Of a stretch of DNA of 64,000 nucleotides, positions 50,609 through 62,021 are shown in pieces (within the stretch, counting starts at the first letter, position 1; every line of letters begins with the position of its first letter). Where the stretch lies: assembly GCF_037042905.1 (NCBI RefSeq), contig NC_087252.1, positions 8,124,001-8,188,000 on the forward strand, given 5' to 3'. Below the pieces are notes generated by a model that worked only from the letters and a program-made list of their open reading frames with translations, did not search any database and was not told the DNA's origin. Source of the stretch: Lytechinus pictus. Lineage: Eukaryota. A program made the position numbers and the translations under genes.

Positions 50609-51165
50609 CCCAGGGGCCGCTTCCATTGACGAGTGGATACCATGCGCGACCATGGGGTCTCGAAAAGCACCCTAAACACGTATTTTCCATATTCTGAAAA
50701 TGCACCCCTTAACAAGTATTGGCGTCTGAAACCCTACCCTTAACAAGTATTGGAAATAAAACGATACTCTTGGCAAGTATTCCCTGAAATGAACACCGAA
50801 ACAAGTACAGCGATATTTTATTTCACGGGTTCGTCGGTCATCGGTTTTACCTTTACATTTGGTTTAGTAGGCCTACGGCCCCACCTTCTACACCTCGCGC
50901 AAATTGGACTCATTCTAAACACGTAGTGTTGGGGGAAAAAGGACATCCTTTATAAAACATTTCAATTTTGTTTTATCATCCCCGCGAATTTGACCCTAAA
51001 CACAAAGCTTTCCTAGCGAAATAGATACCCTTTTTCATTATTTTTGTGTTTTTGACACCCTTATCAGGTTACGTACGTAACGTGCCCTATCTTGAAAAAG
51101 ACATCATTTTTACGTGTTTTTTGGTCGCGCATGGTATACACTCGTCAATGTAAGTGGCCCCCGGG
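50609..51165 (+). mobile_element. CCC...GGG MITE family A, copy 3
   Basis: Same TIR and body; perfect 8-bp TSD TAGGGTAG. Confidence 0.85.
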
Positions 51166-52140
51166 TAGGGTAGCTACTTAAACAACACTGTAGTATTTGT
51201 ATTCTTGATATTTCTGTGGCTGTATTTTATTATCTAAAGTTACTGCGTTTATTATTTCATTATACCATGGTTTAAAATAAATATTAATCATAAAGAAAAA
51301 AATCCGTTCGTGATATTATGGTGTCACATATACATGAATTCCAATTAAAATACAAACATTGTGCTTTTATCATAGTTCTAAATTATTTTACCATTTCATA
51401 TTCAGTAATTCATTAACATATTTCTCTTCATGGTCACAAACAATTTCATTGGCGATAGTTTACTGCAAAAGGGCAATAAGATATCAAAAGCAAATAATAT
51501 CATATTATACAAAGTAATTCAAAATCCTACTCCCTTCGAGGAAATTTGTTGAAAGAGCCCTTTCGCCAATTATTACCATTTCCAGAGATTCCTTTAGTGT
51601 TTTTAATCAGAAATTGTGATTTTCATGCATAAATTATTAGCGCAATTGAATAAATTCATTGATTAGCTGCAATTATCATAAACAAACTTTAATGGATTTA
51701 TAGGCAATGTGAACACGAAAACTCTATTTTTAAAATGACTTCTTCTGATTTATCTTAATCTATATGGTATACTTGTCTTGCTGAAAATTACAAAGGTATT
51801 ACTTTAGAGCGCGAAATGCTGGAACTTTGAAATTTATTCCAAATATATATATATATTTTTTTGTGGTAGCTCACACGAATTCAGCGGCTAACGTGACGAG
51901 ATCTAATATCAATGCTAATGATCAAATATACATAAGGTTTACCAAGGAGGTTTCAAATGAGATGGAGTAACATCATATAAAATCTCTTTGAACAAGGTTA
52001 AAAGCCGCCAGCAGAAAGTATGTCAGGCATGCACTTTGCTCAACATGTCTTGCAATTGTGTAGACAAATGATTCCCGCATGACTCGCAGCTATAGGTCAT
52101 ACATAAAGGGAAATATGCTTTTGTGATGATAATTACTTTT

Positions 52141-54450
52141 TCAATTTCAATTCAATTCAATTCAATTCAATTCGGTTTATTAGATATAAAACAGAATACA
52201 ATGCTGTAGTCCGAAGACTAATTGTGCAATGTTTACATTGATTACTATTTACATTTGAAGATTGTATATACACTTAAAAAAATTATTCACGTATAAATCA
52301 GAAACAGTTGGTTGATTGAGTCATGCATAAGTGAGATTTCAGTAGATATTACTAGCATGGGATTCTGATAATTGTGTATTGGGGAAAAACCTGTTTTAAA
52401 CTTACAATTATACAACAAAAAGGTCAGAAATATAATTCAGATTTGATATTCATTATGAAGAGATTTACAATCAAGTTATTGCAACAGGATTAATCATAGT
52501 TATAGAAAATTTAAATAATAATAATAACCTTTGAGATATGAAATCCATTAAGAATGGAACCGAGATTACTTTGAGATATCGGATTGAGGCTGATAAAATA
52601 ATTCATAATAATTCTAAAGAAAATCAAAATTAACAATTAATGAGAACAAATACATGCATATAAATAAAAAAAATCATTCATATAGCTAAACATTTACAAC
52701 TGAGCATTGACCAGTTTGACAAGTGAGGGTACACTTGATTTCCTATATCGTTCAGTTCTAGTATAAGGAAGGTCCAAGTGCTGCCGTTCAGCATGTAGCA
52801 AATGACGATGTCGCGATGAGACAAGGATTGACTTGGCAAAGTTGGTCAGCAGGTCTTTTCTTCTCTTGGCAAGGGAAGGAATGTTAAAACTGCTCAGGAG
52901 TTCCTCAGAGTGATGTTGGTCAGGGTACGATATCATCCTGAGAGCCCTACGCTGTACCCGCTCTATACTGTCTGATTGCTGAGTTGTCAAACTACTGCTC
53001 CAAACTGGTGCACAATATTCCATCAATGGCCTGATATACATTGTGTATATGAACACAAGATCAATTGCTGGAACTCCATTCCTTTTCAGCTTGCATAATA
53101 TATACAGACGTTTCGAAGCACGTTTGATGAGCTGTTCCACTTGCTGATCCCACTTTAGATTTGATTGTATGACAACACCAAGTAGGCGGAGAGACGTAAC
53201 AGCCTCCAAAACTTGATTTCCGATAGTGATCACTGGTGGAGGTGAAACATTACGCTGGAGAATTACATGCATCACCTTGCATTTTTCAGCTTTCGGTTTC
53301 ATCGAATTCAGCTCACTCCAGGCAGATAGAGCATCCACATGAGATTGCAGATGACTTGACTCGGATTTATGGATAACCTCAGCAATCGTTAGGTCATCAA
53401 CATATTTCCATCTCTTTGTGGTTGTCTCCGCAGCATCATTGATCATTATGAGGAACATCACCGGGCCGAGTTTGGTTCCTTGAGGAACTCCACATAATAG
53501 CTCTTTTAGCGAAGATGACACACCGCAATATCGAGTTGTCTGCGTACGTTGCGTGAGAAAGCTAGCTATCACTGGGATTATGGCCGGGTTGACACCCATT
53601 AGAATCAGCTTTTGTAGAGCCTTTGTATGGTCGATAAGATCAAATGCCTTCATAAAGTCAATTGTACATATCGTGGCATGGTGACTTGGCTTATCCAGGC
53701 CTTTCTGAAGAACATCAAGTAGACTGACTAGGTAATGAGACACAGAGCTGCCTTTCATGTTGCCAAACTGATTCGGATCAATTTGTTTCTTTATATCAGC
53801 CATCACCCACTCTGCCAGGAAACCTTCAAAGACATGTGCTATGATCGGTGTGATCAAAATTGGCCGAAGCTGGTTGTACTCTTTGACTGGTGACGTCTTC
53901 GGAACGGGACACACCGATGCAGTTTTCCAGCTGCTTGGGAAGTGACTATCCGTAAGACAGTTATTGAAGATGATGGTCAAGGGAAGTGACAGTTCATACG
54001 CAAACACCTTTAAGAGCCGGATGGCGACATCATTGGGATGTCCAGCCTTTGAAGCATTCAACTTCCTGAGACGTTTGTAGACTTCCTCCCTCTTTAGAGT
54101 AGGAGGACTTGGTCCGGGAAGGTAGGTCGATAAGGCAGCCAAATCTAGAGAGGGAAGTTCATTACAGACTCTAGCAAAATGGCAGTTCAGTTCATGGGCA
54201 ACCTCTGCTGGAAGTTTGTCCTCTCTCAGTCCAGTAGTGTATCTTCAAATGTTTTCGTGATCGTGTAAGGACTGGAATAGGATGCTGTTTTTTGTCAAAC
54301 GATCGTCTTCCTCGTCTAGTTGGTTGTACTCTACATATTCCATTTTGCTGTAATATATGGTATACATCTAATGTTACTTTGTTTTGTTTACACGTAGCTC
54401 CAATTGACAACAGCTTATCTCGAGAATAGTGTAACTTGGACATTGTAGTG
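52141..54450 (-). mobile_element. CR1/L2-group LINE, internally deleted
   Basis: 3' AATAAA plus (TTGAA)n tail at 52141-52180; RT ORF; short upstream ORF MSKLHYSRDKLL...TRRGRRS; no APE endonuclease between them; 5' boundary approximate. Confidence 0.8.
52694..54142 (-). CDS. Reverse transcriptase of a CR1/L2-group non-LTR retrotransposon
   Basis: 482-aa uninterrupted frame with WKTASVCPVPK, RPI, QFG, DFMKAFD, GVPQGTKLGP, KYVDD, LLGV and IRPLMEY motifs. Confidence 0.92.
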   Translation of the reverse strand: MAALSTYLPGPSPPTLKREEVYKRLRKLNASKAGHPNDVAIRLLKVFAYELSLPLTIIFNNCLTDSHFPSSWKTASVCPVPKTSPVKEYNQLRPILITPIIAHVFEGFLAEWVMADIKKQIDPNQFGNMKGSSVSHYLVSLLDVLQKGLDKPSHHATICTIDFMKAFDLIDHTKALQKLILMGVNPAIIPVIASFLTQRTQTTRYCGVSSSLKELLCGVPQGTKLGPVMFLIMINDAAETTTKRWKYVDDLTIAEVIHKSESSHLQSHVDALSAWSELNSMKPKAEKCKVMHVILQRNVSPPPVITIGNQVLEAVTSLRLLGVVIQSNLKWDQQVEQLIKRASKRLYILCKLKRNGVPAIDLVFIYTMYIRPLMEYCAPVWSSSLTTQQSDSIERVQRRALRMISYPDQHHSEELLSSFNIPSLAKRRKDLLTNFAKSILVSSRHRHLLHAERQHLDLPYTRTERYRKSSVPSLVKLVNAQL

Positions 54451-55620
54451 AATGAGATCCAGAAAAAAATAACAATAGCGGCATCTTCATGATCTTGGTC
54501 TGGTTATATGTGTAGTACATAATTCGGAGGCATGCGAAAATAAACTATGCAATATGTCCTGAAATATGACTCAAATTTGCTCGACTGGGCATGTGCGGGC
54601 ACTCATCTGGCATATACAGTAATGAACAACAATATTCCACCGACCGCATTTGAAATTGTTATTCGCCGCAAACGATCGGAAAAGTGTAAAAATCTGGTTT
54701 CAGTAAAGGTCAAATTCTTTTTTTTTTCACCAATTAAAGGTTAATTGATATAGTCTGGGCAAATATCTCGTCGTAATAGTGCTTGGTTATTGATGTTTTG
54801 TCATGCATTCAAATTTCAGTTTGTTTATTAATATGAAAGATGGAAAATTGATACAAATGGATATTCGTAAAATTTCACCCCTCGGATTTCTTCACTGAAA
54901 CTGGCGGCTTCGAATGCGGACATCAAAAGGTCCTTACTGCCGTTCTTTCTTTTGTGCTTCTTTAGAAATGAACATCTGCTTGAATAAATTTGTTGCCTGT
55001 TGGAACTCCAGTCATAGAATCTTCTTGGGTTTACCTACATTATAACATACACTACGTTTAAAGCAAAGGTGTAGGTTTAGAAGGCAAACAAACCTTGCAA
55101 ATTATAGGTGACCATCGAATACTTTTTTGTATTGTTAACATAGGGTGATGATATACTTACGCTGAAAGTGGACTGAAACATGGCTGCATGCAGATTTTTT
55201 TTCCCAGGGAGGGGGGGGGGGGGCACATTAAACTTTTCGGAGAAACTCGAAAAAGAGTTAAACTGAAAAAAAAAAAATTGCACACTTTTGGTGAAATTTG
55301 TGACAATTTTCAGGATGTAGGTTATTTTCAGAATATCCAGGCGTCAGAGGCAGCTCGACTTTATTGTATATCACCGCACTCTTTTTTGCCGGACTGCACG
55401 CCGCCTCGGACCGAGTCCACCATAAATGGGATGTGGTTTTAATTAAGGCGCCTCAGTACGCCGATCCCAGTCCTGCAATTGGCGTGTATCGCCTTGAAGT
55501 GGACGTAGGCCGGCTTGAATACTGAACTGGAAATCAGCGAACAATAGTTATTGCTAACGAACAATATGAAAAATTTGTAATGAAGAGTCAGGCGACTATA
55601 GTCGCCTGGCTCTTTATTTG

Positions 55621-58600
55621 TAGACGGGTCAATTTACGACCAAAAATACCCTTACCCGTAACAAATGGCAACAAATTATTTTTCAACGGTGTTTGTACTA
55701 TTTGACCTCAGGAATAACATACTAAAAATCTACCAAAATCCGCATCCGGGAAAGTGGTTATTTTCAAGATGGCGTCCAAGATGGCCGCCATTCACTGAAC
55801 ATGGATACAACTGACTCATTATCCACCCTAGAATCCTATTTCGGTTCATAATCCATGGTCTAGGGGTAAAAAAAATGTTGATACAGGCTAAAGTGAATTA
55901 TAAGGGCTCACAGGCCTAATTCATTTCCCATAGACTCGTGTGTTAAAGTGGCACTTAAAAAGAATTCATAAAAAATAAGGAGGAAATTCGAGGGTTGAAT
56001 GTTTACTACCTGTGGATAGGATAAATGTCTGACATTCCATATCTGACCAGAAAATGGTACCTCGACCGGCTCATTTTAAAAATAAATCAGCATTTATGAA
56101 GACTACACCTGACAGGACCAAATTCATCACTTGAGAGAGTAAAATGACCCTAATTCTTCCGCCAGTAAAAATATAGTTTCATAGTGGTGATATATCTTTC
56201 CAATTTGGAAAAAGTAAGTTCAGTAGGTACCGTACCTACAATCAGTGTTAGATTGTCAGTCATATTCATTCATTTTTGTCAATCAGCAATATCAAATTTA
56301 AAAATTGAGCAATGGGTTGGCTCGAATGAATATCTATGGCCTGTCAGTTGTGATTAGGCCCGTGCAACCATAAGCCCTCCAGTGTACCTGGCAAATCCAA
56401 GATGGCGACCAAAATGGCTGCCGCAGACTGAAAATCCACAATTCATCTAAGTGGCTTTAATTTGGTTTCTATTCAATGGTTTTAAGGGTGAAGTAGTACA
56501 TTGGAACAAGTTACAAGCACAGCCAGTGGTCTGGTGTGTCCAAAAATCCAAGATGGCTTCCAAAAATGTAGTTTAAAATGGCTGTTGATAATTGAAATGG
56601 ACATAGTTCATTTCATATCCGCCGGGGACATAATGATTTTGGTGTCTATACCATGTTTTTAATGGTCAAACAAGACATTGGGACAAGCTACAAGGACAGT
56701 CAGTAGTCCAGTATGTTAAAAATCCATAATGGCTTCCAAAAATGGAGTCTAAAATTGCAGTTGCTACTTAAAAAACCGACATAGTTTGTTCAATATCCAG
56801 AAATATGATTTTTGTGTCTATGCCATGGTTGAATGGGTCAAATAATACATTGGGACAGGTTACAAGGAAAGTCAGTGGTCTGGTATGTGCAAAAATCTGC
56901 GATGGGTTCCAATTTTTTTTTCTGAAATGGCTGCTAATACTTAAAGCGGATATAACTCATATCATTTTGGCCTGGGAGATGTGACTTTAATGTCTAAACC
57001 ACTGGTTTCAAGGGTCAAATAATACATTAGGATAAGTTACAATGACAGTCAGCAGGTCAGTGATCTGATATGTCAAAAAAAATCGTAGATGGCTTCCAAA
57101 AATTGATTCTAAATTGACTGCTGTTACTTAAATTGGATATAGCTTATTTCATATCGGCCTGGGAGATGTGATTTTGGTGTCTAAACCACTGGTTTCAAGG
57201 GTCAAAATAATACATTAGGACAAGTTTTAAGGACAGTCAGTGGTCTTGTTTGACCAAAAATCCAATATGGCTTCAAAAATTGATTTTAAAATGGCTTCTG
57301 CTCATTTTATATCCGCCTGTGAGATTTGATTTAGGTGTCTAAACTATGGTTTTAAGAGTCAAATTATATATTAGGACAAGTTTTAAGGACAGTCAGTTGT
57401 CTTGTATGACCGAAAATCCAATATGGCTTCAAAAATTGATTTTTAAATGGCTTCTGCTCATTTTATATCCGCCTGTGAGATTTGCTTTAGGTGTCTAAAC
57501 CATGGTTTAAAGGGTCAAGTAATACACTAGGGCAAGTTACAAGACCAGTCAGTTGTTTGTATGTAAAAAAATCCAAGATGACTTAAAAAATGGGGTGTAA
57601 ATTGACTGTTGTTACTTAAAATTATACATAGCTTATTAGAAATACACCTCGGAGGTATAATTTTACTGGCTTCACTAGAGTTTAAAGGGTCAAGTAACAC
57701 ATTGGGTTAAGTTGAAAGGACAGTCAGGTGTCAGGTAGTCTGAAAATTGAAGATGGCTTAAAAAATGGGGGTCTTAAATGACTGTTGTTTAATACTTAAA
57801 GGACAAGTCTACCCCAACCAAAAGTTGATTTGAATAAAAAGAAAAAAATCCAACAAGCATAACACTGAAAATTTCATCAAAATCGGATGCAAAATAAGAA
57901 AGTTGTGACATTTTTAAGTTTCGCTTAATTTCACAAAATAGTTATATGCACATCCTGGCTGGTATGCAAATGAGGAGACCATGACGTCATCTACTCACTA
58001 TTTCTTTTGTATTTTATTATATGAAATATGAAATATTCTATTTTTCTCCTCATTGTCAAGTGATGCAACAATAAATTCCTCCCTGAACATGTGGAATTAG
58101 CATTGTTTAATACTATATGGTTCAGTCAAGTTGGTCCTTATTGTCAAATATATAAAAAATGAAATATTGTATATTTCAAACAATAAAAAACAAAAGAAAT
58201 AGTGAGTGATGGACATCATCGACACTGACTCACCTAGTTGTGCATAGCACTGTATTGTGAAAAATAAGTGAAAATTTAAAATGTCATAACTTTCTTATTT
58301 TACATCCGATTTTGATGAAATTTTCAGCACTATGCTAGTTTGATTTTTCCCTATTTATTCAAGTCAGCATTTTCCTGGGGTGGAACTGACCTTTGAAAGT
58401 GGATGTAGAACATTACAAATACACATTGGGGATATTATTTTGGTATCTGCACTAGGGCTTCAAGGGTCAAAAGATACTTTGGAACTAGTAACCATGATAT
58501 GCAGTTATCCATTTTGCCATAAAATCCAAGTTGGCTTTATAAAGATGGGTTTTAAAGTGACTGCTGTTACTTAAATATTGACATAGTTCATACAATATCC

Positions 58601-60044
58601 ACCTGTGAGAAATAATCTTGGTGCCTACACTTAAATACATGGGGATACGTTATCATATTATTTCATGAGTTGGTAACAGCATCCATTTTGATGAAATCTT
58701 AGAATCCGCCATGGATTTTTTTGACAAAATGGAATACTAACCATCCTTGTTTCTTGTCCGAATGTATTATTTGACCATTCATGCCAAAATTTAGACACCA
58801 ACATTATTTCTTACAGATATATATTGTAGAACTCTGACCATTATTGAGTGATATGAGTCACTCTAGATGCCTTTTTTGAAAACCCTCTTGGATTTTTAGG
58901 CAAACTGGACAACTGCATATTCATGTAACCAGTTCAAACGTTTTATTTCAACCATGAAACCATAGTGTGGACACCGAAATCATATCTCCTTTGTGGATTT
59001 TAAATGAAATATGTCAATTTTTAAAGTAACAGCAGTCATTTTAGACTCCGATTTTTTGGAAGCCATCTTGGAATTTCGACATACCGGACCACCGACTGTC
59101 CTTGTAACTAATTTTCTGACTTTTAAAACCATGGTAAAGACATAAGAATCACATAGCCTTGACGGATATTACATGAGTTATGTCCATTTTTAAATACCAG
59201 CGGCTAATTTATAATATTTTTCAAGCCACTGTGGACTTTTGGACATATTTGACCACCCATCGTCCTTGTAACTTATCCCAATGTATTATTTTACCCATTT
59301 AACCACGGTATAGGCACAAAAATCATATTCCCGGATGTTGGAAAAAATTATGTTGTTGTTTTTTTAAGTAGAAACAGCATTTTTTTTAAACTCCATTTTT
59401 GGAAGCCATCTTGAATTTTTTAACCTACTGGACCACTGACAGTCCTTTTAACTTGTCCCAATGTATTATTAGACAATTTAAACCGTGGTCTAGACACCGA
59501 AATCATATCTCCCAGGTGGATATTATATGAGCTATGTCCATTTTAAGTATTTACAGCCATTTTAAACCCACTCTGAAGCCATCTTGGATTTTTGGACACA
59601 CCAGACCACTAGCTATCCTTGTAACTTGTACCGATATACTACTTCACCATCGAAACCACTGAATAAAAAACAAATTAAAGCCACTTAAGTAAGTAATATA
59701 TGAATTTTAGATTTTTAGCCTCCTGCAGCCATTTTGGGCGCCATCTTGGATTTTCCTAGTACCCAGGAGTGCTAATATTCACTCTAACTTGTATCAATAA
59801 ATTCTTTTACCCACTGGACAATGTAATATGAATCAAATATGATTCTAGGGTGGATAATGAGTGAGTTATATCCTTTTTCAGTGAATGGCGGCCATCTTGG
59901 ACGCCATCTTGAAACTAACTACTTTCCCATATGCGGATTTGGTAGATTTTTAGTATGTTATTGCTAAGGTCAAATTGTACAAAGCGCCGTTGAAAAATCA
60001 TTTGTTGCAATTTGTTCCGGGTCAAACCATATATTGACCGTCTA
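55621..60044. mobile_element. Academ-like non-autonomous fold-back element
   Basis: TAGACGG...CCGTCTA termini, 3-bp TSD TTG, imperfect TIRs >200 bp, two opposed arrays of ~155-195-bp AAATCCAAGATGGC-containing units; no transposase ORF. Confidence 0.75.
57800..58392. mobile_element. Kolobok-like MITE nested in the Academ-like element
   Basis: TTAA|AGGACAAGTCTACCCCA ... TGGGGTGGAACTGACCT|TTGA; interrupts one internal repeat unit. Confidence 0.75.
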
Positions 60045-60141
60045 TTGCCTTTTCACGTGATATAGCTATGTCACGTGAAAAGGCAATGTGAACCCAGAAT
60101 TAATGTGTAGGGGAGGGGGGGGGGGGGGGTATTGTTCTTAA

Positions 60142-61077
60142 GGACGTTCCACAGTTAAAGTGAAATCCATGTCATTTTCACCATACTTTGCACATAGATA
60201 CTTTAGAACCTTAATATTCGAAATATGCAAAAATTAACATAGGTCCTTGTGCTTGATTTTTTGCTATAGAGCTTCAAAGTTCACCCAAATTGATGTTCAT
60301 AAGAATTGCGCATTCAAAAGAATTATCATTTTTAGACCGCCCAAGATTACTACAATGAGTTTAAACCTCTATTACTCAGTCAAAATACATGAAAAAGTCA
60401 TCAAATTTCGCAAGAGAGTTAATAATTATATCATTAGAATGGAGAATCTATGTATAGTGCTATTTGTTTGCAATTTTAAATTTAACAGCACTGTCAGTTC
60501 TTAAAAATAGCGTAAAAGATAACAAAATCCCAATCTAAAAAATGTGAAATTTCAGTAACAAACTACAAACGTACAATAAATGCTGCACTTTATTCAAAAT
60601 CCATGTAATTTTCACCAAAATTTGCAGAGTTGTAGAGGAAGGTATACCTAAGAGGTACAAACATTAAAAAATAGGGGTTCATGTGCTTGTTTTTAAACTA
60701 TCAGCATTTTTATTAGAGCAAATGTGCTTTTTAAAACACCAAAAATGCGCCGAATGCTTTGTATCTGTGTGAAGAAAAAATCAAAACCACTCTACCATTT
60801 ATTCAAACTCGGGGTAATATTAGTGATTCTTGGCAGCACTGCAGAGTAAAGTATTTTGAAATTGTAGATAATTTTTTTTTTGAATGGTCCATGGAATAAT
60901 TCCATTTTTTAGCATCATGAAATAACGTATCGGATCTGCAGTTAAAGTGCAGAAGATGAGAAAAATCAGCTCATACCCGCAGCTAATTAATCACCTGTTC
61001 ATCCATTGTGACGTCAGCGCGCAGAGTGTAAACTATGCGCAGATCATAATGCGCACAAACATAACTGTGGAACGTCC
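60142..61077 (-). mobile_element. Kolobok-like non-autonomous element (936 bp), copy 2, inverted
   Basis: Same TIR, TTAA TSD and length; the ORF track shows the shared peptide RPPKITTMSLNL in both copies. Confidence 0.88.
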
Positions 61078-62021
61078 TTAATATAATAAGGGGAACCTCG
61101 TTCAGTCCATTCACTTTCAGGCCGCTAGTTTTGATTGATTGATTTTATTTGGCAAGTCACCATAACATATATACAGTAGCATTAAAACAACAGGCTTGCA
61201 CAGGATGACCCACGAAAGCTCGAAAGCTTATTTCCAGTGGGGTCCTCAATATACAGAATTAAGATAATAAAATGTTAAAATTATACTATTTACATATTAA
61301 AAATGAAGAAAAAAATCAGAATTTACTATTACCAATAAATAAGATATATAGACAATAAATAAGATATATACAAGAATATAACGAAGAAGAAGAAGAAAAG
61401 AAGGAGAAGGAAGAGGAGGAACAGAAGAAGAGAGGGGACGAGGAGTAGAAGGAGACGGAAGAAACTGATAACGAAGGGAAATAAATAAGGAGAAGAACAA
61501 CAGCATAAACGTGACGACAATAACAACAAGAAGAGGAGAATAGGAAGAAATAAAAGAAATAGAAAGAATAGAAGAAAGGACATATCGAAGCTTCAATCAA
61601 ACTATGTAAAATACATAATAATACCTAGTAGAGAAGAGAAAAGAACTAGGTCAGTATTCAGGCTAAATCAACCGTACAACATATCATTTGCATCTTCTTT
61701 TTGCATCAGCACCCATACTGCAGTCGTGAAGGTGGCCTCAACGGTCGACGCATACAAGGGCGTAGGCTGGGGTGCATGTGTATCCTGCCGCTTATCGAGG
61801 CAGAGGGGTTCCGACATTACGGCAAGCAAAACGAAATTTGTACCCCTTCTTCTGCTTTCAGCGGCTAATATTCCAAATTTTTGTTCCAACCCCAAGATGT
61901 GCACACCGATACCATGCCGTCCACTTGGATCCCCATGCTCTAACCAGCTTACGCCCTAGTCATAGGTCTGTATGTATCAGGGGTGTACCATAGATTTAAG
62001 TTCCCCCAATGGACCATACGA

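Noticed and set aside
61297..61600. Hydrophobic minus-strand ORFs as membrane proteins
   Set aside because: They are antisense readings of a purine-rich low-complexity tract; the same applies to 41703-42053 and 14519-14701.
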